Shown: piece after piece, positions 55,380 through 64,000 of the stretch
How positions within the stretch are numbered: the stretch's first letter is position 1
How the letters are laid out: each line of letters starts with the position of its first letter
DNA from: an uncultured Gammaproteobacteria bacterium
Lineage (GTDB): Bacteria; Pseudomonadota; Gammaproteobacteria; Nitrosococcales; Methylophagaceae
Length of the DNA stretch: 64,000 bases
Direction: 5' to 3'
Assembly: GCA_905479985.1 (NCBI GenBank)
Contig: CAJQOM010000022.1
Location: forward strand, 3,937 to 67,936
The notes under the pieces: generated by a model
What the model was told of the DNA's origin: nothing
The model's database searches: none
What the model saw: only the letters and a program-made list of their open reading frames with translations
Translations under genes and position numbers: made by a program

Positions 55380-55856
55380 TTAATTACTCTGGCTTATTTT
55401 ATTTTTGTATCTGTGCTGCGAATATTTTCTTGCACCATACAAGAAAAAACCGAAAAACCAAGCATAAAGTGCTGTCACCCTTGAATGTGATTTCCGCTCT
55501 TGAAAATTCACAATTTCTATATTATCTACGTACAGCTGCTTAATCGAACCTGCTGTAAAGTAGGCATTAAAGTTAGAATGTATGGGTTTAGGGACCAAAC
55601 TGTAAAAGTCATTACACTTTTTATTGGGCAGTCTAAAAAGTAAATTTTTTTCTGTATTCAAATGTACTTCGAGCAAAGTTTTTTCGCCTCCTCGCGTCTT
55701 CTGTAGTTCTTGACAATCAAATAGTTGTATTGTGCCTTGATAATGCCTAAGCCTTCTTATATCTGATACATCCTCTGCTGTTTCCCAAAAGATAAAATAA
55801 ACCGCAACCAAATACCCGATAAATAAAGTCCACAACAATCTCTTTTTTGCACTCAT
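55380..55856 (-). CDS. Orphan AT-rich membrane protein (N- and C-terminal TM helices)
   Basis: 158-aa ORF with no recognisable motifs, lying between REP copies 3 and 4. Confidence 0.4.
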   Translation of the reverse strand: MSAKKRLLWTLFIGYLVAVYFIFWETAEDVSDIRRLRHYQGTIQLFDCQELQKTRGGEKTLLEVHLNTEKNLLFRLPNKKCNDFYSLVPKPIHSNFNAYFTAGSIKQLYVDNIEIVNFQERKSHSRVTALYAWFFGFFLYGARKYSQHRYKNKISQSN

Positions 55857-55928
55857 TCTAAAACTCGCTAATTCCTATTAAGGATCGATATTTTACTTTG
55901 GTTTATCTGTAATATTAACAAGACAATC

Positions 55929-55952
55929 AAAGGGAAGCGTCCCCTTTTAATT
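55929..55952 (+). repeat. REP hairpin copy 4
   Basis: AAAGGGAAGCGTCCCCTTTTAATT. Confidence 0.8.
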
Positions 55953-56065
55953 CAAACCTTGCTGATAAAGCAACTTAATGAAAATAGATTTAACAGAGAA
56001 CAGTAATGTTCCGCCAACGGCTAAGCCAAACCCCAGCCAGACTTTATCTCTCTGGCTTATCAGCA

Positions 56066-57163
56066 CTAACTCTGGCTTTGTTGGTGGTATGGCTCACTCA
56101 AACAGTGGACAGAATCAACTAATCTCGCCATATTCTCTGGTGCAATAGTCGGGTGAATACCATGGCCTAAGTTGAAGACATGACCTGTTTGGCCTTGACC
56201 AAAGCCCGCCAAAACGCTCGCGACTTCTTGCTCGACGCGATCAGGCGAAGCATATAATACGCAAGGATCCATATTTCCTTGTAACGTCACTTTCTCACCG
56301 ATACGTTGACGTGCCGCTGTGATATCTGTCGTCCAATCTAAACCAACGCCATCGACGCCGGTATCAGCCATCATCTCTAACCATTGGCCACCACCCTTAG
56401 TAAACAAGGTGACCGGTACTTTTCGGCCTTCGTTTTCTCGGGTCAGGCCTTCGACGATTTGCTGCATATACGCTAATGAAAACTGTTGATAATTACTTTG
56501 GCTTAATGCGCCACCCCAAGTGTCAAACAACATGATCGATTGTGCACCCGCTGCTATTTGAGCATTTAAATAGGCAATAACCGATTTCGCTAAGACATTC
56601 AACAAAGCATGCATTTGCTCGGGTGCATCGAATAGCATGCCTTTAACCTTAGCAAAATCTTTACTCGAGCCACCTTCGACCATATAGCACGCTAAAGTCC
56701 AAGGGCTACCACTAAAACCAATCAAAGGCACTTTGCCATCAATCTCACGGCGGGTGACGCGAATAGCATCCATCACATAGCCTAAATTGTCTTCCATATC
56801 TGGCACGCCCAATTTAGCAATATCAGCGGCAGATCGAATAACATGATTAAATTTAGGACCTTCGCCAGCAACGAAATGTAAGCCTAAGCCCATTGCGTCA
56901 GGAATCGTCAAAATATCAGAAAAGATAATCGCCGCATCTAAGTTATAGCGGCGTAATGGCTGCATCGTCACTTCGCAAGCCAAATCCGGCGTGCTGCACA
57001 AAGTCATGAAATCGCCCGCTTTTGCTCGCACCTCACGATACTCTGGCAAGTAGCGGCCTGCTTGACGCATCACCCAGACTGGCGTTTTATCAACAGGCTG
57101 ACGTAATAAAGCGCGCAGATAACGATCGTTTTTTAATTCAGACACAGATGAGAGACCTTTCAA
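56066..57163 (-). CDS. hemE: Uroporphyrinogen decarboxylase
   Basis: [15 protein letters not shown] signature; 365 aa. Confidence 0.95.
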   Translation of the reverse strand: MKGLSSVSELKNDRYLRALLRQPVDKTPVWVMRQAGRYLPEYREVRAKAGDFMTLCSTPDLACEVTMQPLRRYNLDAAIIFSDILTIPDAMGLGLHFVAGEGPKFNHVIRSAADIAKLGVPDMEDNLGYVMDAIRVTRREIDGKVPLIGFSGSPWTLACYMVEGGSSKDFAKVKGMLFDAPEQMHALLNVLAKSVIAYLNAQIAAGAQSIMLFDTWGGALSQSNYQQFSLAYMQQIVEGLTRENEGRKVPVTLFTKGGGQWLEMMADTGVDGVGLDWTTDITAARQRIGEKVTLQGNMDPCVLYASPDRVEQEVASVLAGFGQGQTGHVFNLGHGIHPTIAPENMARLVDSVHCLSEPYHQQSQS

Positions 57164-57198
57164 ATTGATTATGAGCGTTTCGACAATACCTTGCTATT

Positions 57199-58632
<1,434 letters not shown>

Positions 58633-58638
58633 TTAAAC

Positions 58639-61600
58639 CTAAGCCGCTTTCGCTTTACGTTTATTCACTAACTCGATTAAACCATCCACTGCCGCTGCTT
58701 TCGGCTTCACCAACCAGAATTGTTTCAGGCGCTGCTCAAACATATCTAAGATTTGGTTGCCCCAAACACTGTTTGTTTCACGAACATGATCTTCAATCAT
58801 CGCTTTCAAATAAAGGGCATGGTCGGAGTGCGCTTGGCTATCTCCGTCAATACGGACTAACTCGACTAGCTCGGTGTTGTAACGTTCAGCAAAGGTATTA
58901 TCGAGATCTAAGACATACGCAAAACCACCAGTCATACCCGCACCGAAATTCAGTCCTGTCTCACCCAACACCGTCACGACACCACTGGTCATATACTCAC
59001 AACCGTGGTCACCAACGCCTTCTACAACAGCAATCGCACCCGAATTACGGACAGCAAAGCGTTCGCCAGCCATACCCGCCGCATACAAAGCACCGCCCGT
59101 TGCACCATATAAACAAGTATTACCCATAATACTGGCTTCTTGGGTTGCAAACTCGCTTTCTGGTGAAGGATAAATCGATAACTTACCATCAGCCATGCCT
59201 TTACCAACATAATCATTGGCGTCACCTTCAAGTCGCATTTCAAGACCACCCGCATTCCACACACCGAAACTCTGACCCGCAGAACCCGTTAACTGCACAC
59301 GGATTGGCATTTCATTCATACCGTAATTGCCGTGATGCCGGGCAATCTCACCTGAAATACGCGCACCAATCGACCGATTGATATTACGAATATCATAGCT
59401 AAAGAAGCCGCCTGCCTTCGTTTCAATCGCCGTTTGCATATCGGTAATCATTTGCTCAGCCAATTCGCCCTTATCATAAGGTACATTATGTGGCTCAACG
59501 CAGAATTGCGGTTTATCAGCAGCAATACCTGCGGTTGATAACAGTGGTTTCAAATCTAACTTACGCTGCTTATCTGTCGTTCCTGGCAAAATCGCTAATA
59601 AATCTGTACGGCCAATTAAAGCCTCAAGACTTTCAACACCTAACGCCGCCAACCACTCTTGTGTTTCACGTGCAACAAATTGGAAATAATTCATCACCAT
59701 CTGAGGCAGGCCAATAAAATGCTTCGAGCGCAATGTCTCATTCTGAGTTGCAACACCGGTCGCACAGTTATTCAAATGACAAATACGCAGGAATTTACAG
59801 CCTAGTGCCACCATCGGCCCGGTACCAAAACCAAAGCTTTCTGCACCTAAAATCGCCGCTTTAACAACATCTAATCCTGTTTTTAGGCCACCGTCTGTTT
59901 GCAAACGCACTTTGTCACGCAGATCATTCATCCGTAATGTCTGATGCGCTTCCGACAACCCTAATTCCCATGGGCCACCAGCATATTTCACTGACGTTAA
60001 TGGGCTCGCACCTGTACCACCGTCATAACCCGAAATCGTGATTAAATCGGCATAGGCTTTCGCTACACCTGCTGCGATCGTACCCACACCAGCTTCTGAC
60101 ACCAATTTCACAGATACCAATGCTGTCGGATTAACCTGTTTCAAATCAAAGATCAGCTGGGCTAAATCTTCAATAGAGTAAATATCATGATGTGGCGGCG
60201 GCGAAATCAACGTCACGCCCGGTACCGAATGGCGTAAAGTCGCAATCATTTGATTCACTTTACCACCCGGTAATTGGCCACCCTCACCTGGTTTTGCCCC
60301 TTGCGCCACTTTAATTTGCAACACTTCAGCATTAACCAAGTAATGCGGCGTGACACCAAAACGACCTGAAGCAACTTGCTTAATTTTTGATACTTTCTCA
60401 GTACCAAAGCGCACAGGATCTTCACCACCTTCACCCGAATTAGAACGGCCACCTAAGCGGTTCATGCCCACAGCCAAAGCCTCGTGGGCTTCTGGTGATA
60501 ATGCGCCTAGTGACATACCTGCACTATCAAAGCGTTTTAAGATAGCGCCAATGCTTTCAACTTTATCTAATGGTAAAGGCTCATCGGCTAATTTTAAGGC
60601 TAATAAATCGCGTAATACAGCGACTGGACGCTCATTAACCAATGTCGCGTAAGATTTGTAATCTTCATAACTCCCACCTTGCACTGCTTTATGCAACTCG
60701 CCAATGACATCGGGATTATAAGCATGGTATTCACCACCATGAACAAACTTTAATAAGCCACCTTGTTCACGCTTCTTACGATTATTCCAAGCCTTATCAG
60801 ACAAAGTTTGCTGATCCGCTTGTAACTCTTCATAGCCTGTACCACTAATCCGGCTCGTTGTTGCCACAAAGCATTTATCAACTACGGCTTCATTCAAACC
60901 AACAATTTCATAAAGCTGTGCACCACGATAACTTGCAATCGTCGAGATACCCATCTTAGAAGTAATTTTGTATAGACCTTTGTTGACGCCTTTCCGATAG
61001 TGAGTACATACTTCAGCATAATTCATGTTCTGAATTTCACCAGTATTAATCAAATTATTAAGACACGCATAGGCTAAATAAGGATAGATTGCCGTAGCAC
61101 CGTAACCCAATAGAACAGCACAATGATGTGAATCACGTGCCGTTGCCGTTTCAACCACAATATTGGCATCACAACGCAAGCCCGCTTTAATTAACCGATG
61201 ATGCACCGCACCCGTTGCTAATAAGGCATGAACAGGCAAACAATCTGCTGTGGCATTTTTATCGGTTAACAATAAAATAACGCTACCATCACGAACAGCT
61301 TGTTCTGCTTTATCTGTGATCGCATCAATCGCCGCTTCTAAACCTGTCGCAGGATCGAAATGTAATGACAATGTCGTCGTTTTATAATCCTGATCATCTT
61401 TAGCCAATGCTAATAACTGGTTAAAACGGCTGGTCGATAAAATCGGTGAATCAACCACAACGCGTTTCGCGTGATCGACACCTTCTTCAAATAAATTATG
61501 TTCTTTACCGAAGCACGTCTCCAATGACATCACAATACTTTCACGCAGAGAGTCAATTGGTGGATTGGTCACTTGAGCAAACTGTTGACGGAAATAATCA

Positions 61601-63198
61601 AACAAAGAACGTTCGCGTTGAGACAACACAGGGAAAGGCGTGTCATCACCCATTGAGCCCGTCGCTTCTTGACCCACTTCGGCTAACACGCGAATCACTT
61701 GATCGCGCTCTTCAAAGGACACTTGGAATAATTTTTCCAACGTCGCAAATTCTTGTTCTACTATCGCAGGTGGTATTTCGTCTTCAGCCTTGTCCTGCAA
61801 GCGCTGTAGATTCTCTTCTATCCAAGTACGGTATGGCTGCGCTTTTTTCAGGTCATCGTTAATATCTTCAGGCAATAACAATTCACCCGTTGACGTATCA
61901 ACTGCTAACATCTGACCCGGTTTTAAACGGCCTTTCGCCACTACATCTTCGGGCTTATAACCATACACACCGACCTCTGAGGCCAAAGTAATATGACGAT
62001 CTTTAGTGATGATATAACGTGCCGGACGTAAGCCATTGCGATCCAAGGAACACGCTGCGTAACGGCCATCGGTTAAGACCACACCCGCTGGTCCATCCCA
62101 AGGCTCCATATGCATCGAGTTGTAATTATAAAATGCTTTTAAGTCAGCATCCATAGTGTGATCGTTCTGCCATGCCGGCGGGACTAACAAACGCATTGCA
62201 CGGAATAGACTCACTCCACCCGCCAATAAAGCTTCGAGCATATTATCCATACTCGAAGAATCAGACCCGGTTAATCCCACTAATGGGCGAATATCGTCCA
62301 TATTGTCGATTAATGAGGTCGCAAATTTTGCACCACGAGCCAAAGCCCAGTTACGGTTACCTTGCACAGTATTAATTTCACCATTGTGAGCAAGGTAACG
62401 GAAAGGTTGTGCTAAGCGCCATTGCGGTAAGGTATTGGTAGAAAAGCGTTGATGGAAAACACAAATTGCCGTTTCCATCCGCCTGTCTTTCAGATCAGTA
62501 TAGAAAGCCGGCAAATAAGCAGGCATCACCAAGCCTTTATAAGACACCACATGTGACGATAAACTTGGAATATAAAACGCATCATCGTTAACTGATTTTT
62601 CTGCCAACCGGCGCGCAATATAAAGATGGCGCTCAAATGCAGCCTCATCCATATCCGCAGGCGCATTGACAAATACTTGACGCATAATCGGTAGCGAGCG
62701 CATCGCTTGCTCACCACATGCCGTTTCAGAATCAACAGGCACATCACGCCAGCCCTGCACATCAAGACCTTGACCGACTAGCTGCTTAGTGACAACCGCT
62801 TGGTTAGTTTTCGCTTGTGCCGCATCTTGTGACAAAAACACCATACCCACGGCATAATAATCAGACAGCGTGAAACCAAGCTCATCAGCCACGGCACGGA
62901 AAAAGCCATCGGGCTTTTTCATTAAAAGACCACAACCGTCCCCGGTCTTACCATCAGCACCAATCGCGCCACGGTGGGTTAAGTTACCCAACGCTTCGAT
63001 CGCTGTTTCAATAAGCCAATGACTCGGTTTATTATCCATCTGAGCAATCAGACCGAAACCGCAGTTATCTTTTTCAAATTCTGGCCGATACAGGCCTTGT
63101 GTTAATTCAGTTGGCTGACTCACGTCCGTCACCTTCAACGTTGCGTTAATGCCTGGTTTCTCGCGACCTAGATATAATGGAGAAACACTGTCTTTCAT
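58639..63198 (-). CDS. gltB: Glutamate synthase (NADPH) large subunit
   Basis: 1519 aa with an Ntn amidotransferase start (DNCGFG), FMN and 3Fe-4S domains, and a GXGXG C-terminal beta-helix. Confidence 0.97.
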   Translation of the reverse strand: MKDSVSPLYLGREKPGINATLKVTDVSQPTELTQGLYRPEFEKDNCGFGLIAQMDNKPSHWLIETAIEALGNLTHRGAIGADGKTGDGCGLLMKKPDGFFRAVADELGFTLSDYYAVGMVFLSQDAAQAKTNQAVVTKQLVGQGLDVQGWRDVPVDSETACGEQAMRSLPIMRQVFVNAPADMDEAAFERHLYIARRLAEKSVNDDAFYIPSLSSHVVSYKGLVMPAYLPAFYTDLKDRRMETAICVFHQRFSTNTLPQWRLAQPFRYLAHNGEINTVQGNRNWALARGAKFATSLIDNMDDIRPLVGLTGSDSSSMDNMLEALLAGGVSLFRAMRLLVPPAWQNDHTMDADLKAFYNYNSMHMEPWDGPAGVVLTDGRYAACSLDRNGLRPARYIITKDRHITLASEVGVYGYKPEDVVAKGRLKPGQMLAVDTSTGELLLPEDINDDLKKAQPYRTWIEENLQRLQDKAEDEIPPAIVEQEFATLEKLFQVSFEERDQVIRVLAEVGQEATGSMGDDTPFPVLSQRERSLFDYFRQQFAQVTNPPIDSLRESIVMSLETCFGKEHNLFEEGVDHAKRVVVDSPILSTSRFNQLLALAKDDQDYKTTTLSLHFDPATGLEAAIDAITDKAEQAVRDGSVILLLTDKNATADCLPVHALLATGAVHHRLIKAGLRCDANIVVETATARDSHHCAVLLGYGATAIYPYLAYACLNNLINTGEIQNMNYAEVCTHYRKGVNKGLYKITSKMGISTIASYRGAQLYEIVGLNEAVVDKCFVATTSRISGTGYEELQADQQTLSDKAWNNRKKREQGGLLKFVHGGEYHAYNPDVIGELHKAVQGGSYEDYKSYATLVNERPVAVLRDLLALKLADEPLPLDKVESIGAILKRFDSAGMSLGALSPEAHEALAVGMNRLGGRSNSGEGGEDPVRFGTEKVSKIKQVASGRFGVTPHYLVNAEVLQIKVAQGAKPGEGGQLPGGKVNQMIATLRHSVPGVTLISPPPHHDIYSIEDLAQLIFDLKQVNPTALVSVKLVSEAGVGTIAAGVAKAYADLITISGYDGGTGASPLTSVKYAGGPWELGLSEAHQTLRMNDLRDKVRLQTDGGLKTGLDVVKAAILGAESFGFGTGPMVALGCKFLRICHLNNCATGVATQNETLRSKHFIGLPQMVMNYFQFVARETQEWLAALGVESLEALIGRTDLLAILPGTTDKQRKLDLKPLLSTAGIAADKPQFCVEPHNVPYDKGELAEQMITDMQTAIETKAGGFFSYDIRNINRSIGARISGEIARHHGNYGMNEMPIRVQLTGSAGQSFGVWNAGGLEMRLEGDANDYVGKGMADGKLSIYPSPESEFATQEASIMGNTCLYGATGGALYAAGMAGERFAVRNSGAIAVVEGVGDHGCEYMTSGVVTVLGETGLNFGAGMTGGFAYVLDLDNTFAERYNTELVELVRIDGDSQAHSDHALYLKAMIEDHVRETNSVWGNQILDMFEQRLKQFWLVKPKAAAVDGLIELVNKRKAKAA
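59662..59677. promoter_or_regulatory. parS-like site inside gltB
   Basis: TGTTTCACGTGCAACA compared with the consensus TGTTNCACGTGAAACA (15 of 16 positions of the perfect palindrome). Confidence 0.45.
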
Positions 63199-63356
63199 AA
63201 TAAAAAGACGGCAAAATGGACCGCCTATTATAGCTGTTTATTAGGCCCTGTTCAATCATTTAGTCACTAGTGGAAATGGCCATAATTAGCACAAATTTCC
63301 CTAATTTCAATAAAATAGCTAAAATAACCGGTTCTTTCAAAAAGTGTGGAACAAAT

Positions 63357-63848
63357 ATGGATAAGCCTGTTATTGGCGTTGTTATGGGAAGTAACAGTGA
63401 TTGGCCTGTTATGCAAAAAGCGGTCGAGCAACTTGAAGCCTTTGGTATTTCTTACGAAACCAAAGTCGTTTCAGCACACCGCACACCTGATTTGCTGGCC
63501 GAATATGCGCTCACAGCACAAGAAAAAGGCCTAAACTGCATTATTGCCGGTGCCGGCGGCGCAGCGCATTTACCCGGCATGCTAGCCGCCAACACAACCA
63601 TTCCGGTACTTGGCGTTCCGGTACCATCCAAATATTTGAAAGGGCAAGACTCCTTATTATCAATTGTCCAAATGCCTAAAGGTATTCCCGTTGCCACATT
63701 TGCTATTGGTGAAGCGGGCGCTGCCAATGCTGCCTTATTCGCTATTGCACAACTTGCAATCAACGATAACGTCCTCTCAAAAAAACTAGATCAATTCAGA
63801 TTAGACCAACACCAAAGTGTGTTGGATATGACCCTTCCACCACAGTAA
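63357..63848 (+). CDS. purE: N5-carboxyaminoimidazole ribonucleotide mutase
   Basis: [22 protein letters not shown] and GGAAHLPGM motifs. Start set at MDKPV within ORF 63270..63848. Confidence 0.93.
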   Translation: MDKPVIGVVMGSNSDWPVMQKAVEQLEAFGISYETKVVSAHRTPDLLAEYALTAQEKGLNCIIAGAGGAAHLPGMLAANTTIPVLGVPVPSKYLKGQDSLLSIVQMPKGIPVATFAIGEAGAANAALFAIAQLAINDNVLSKKLDQFRLDQHQSVLDMTLPPQ

Positions 63849-63864
63849 AAAGGTAAGTTCGACT

Positions 63865-64000
63865 ATGATTCTCCCCGGCGCAACTCTCGGTATGCTTGGT
63901 GGTGGCCAATTAGGTCGCATGTTCACAACAGCAGCACAAACAATGGGTTATAAGGTCGTAGTACTAGACCCTGATACTAATAGTCCTGCAGGCATTATTG
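63865..64000 (+). CDS. purK: N5-carboxyaminoimidazole ribonucleotide synthase, 3' end cut by window edge
   Basis: Hand translation [37 protein letters not shown], directly after purE. Confidence 0.85.
   Translation, partial: MILPGATLGMLGGGQLGRMFTTAAQTMGYKVVVLDPDTNSPAGII

Noticed and set aside
54758-55952. Four identical 24-nt repeats, considered as a CRISPR array.
   Set aside because: Spacing is irregular (about 270, 107 and 723 bp). The repeats are short hairpins next to RAYT genes, intervening segments contain gene fragments, and no cas genes are present. They are REP elements.

Overview
Dense, mostly housekeeping, origin-proximal-type segment of a gammaproteobacterial chromosome. Left to right: accC (5' partial)-prmA-dusB-fis-purH; a class-I adenylate-cyclase-like gene; argC; a DUF6776-like gene, bactofilin and erpA; the mnmE-yidC-yidD-rnpA-rpmH block, divergent from dnaA-dnaN; a CPA2 antiporter; hemYXDC; argH; two lipoproteins; cbpA and a DegP-like protease; a DUF2189-like membrane protein. 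An orphan TIR-domain gene plus a MITE-like element sits directly behind glmU. Then come atpIBEFHAGDC, parAB, rsmG, mnmG; dgkA and lgt; and three tandem TorF-like porin paralogues leading into glnK-amtB. An accessory patch follows, with one intact REP-associated tyrosine transposase (RAYT), four near-identical REP hairpins, RAYT/IS30/EamA remnants, yefM-yoeB and orphan genes. The window ends with hemE, gltD, gltB, purE and purK (3' partial). I saw no rRNA, tRNA or CRISPR array. The best candidate for something undescribed is the AT-rich single TIR-domain gene (30908..31729) with an unassignable C-terminal domain. It lies where glmS normally follows glmU, has no known TIR-system partner nearby, and is bordered by mobile-element debris. 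Other notable points are an adenylate-cyclase homologue lacking the catalytic DxD motif, a 1.14 kb tandem porin duplication carrying an lgt 5' relic, a sigma54/NtrC-type control region before porin3-glnK-amtB, and a rearranged origin gene cluster. All family calls come from reading motifs by eye; no searches were run.
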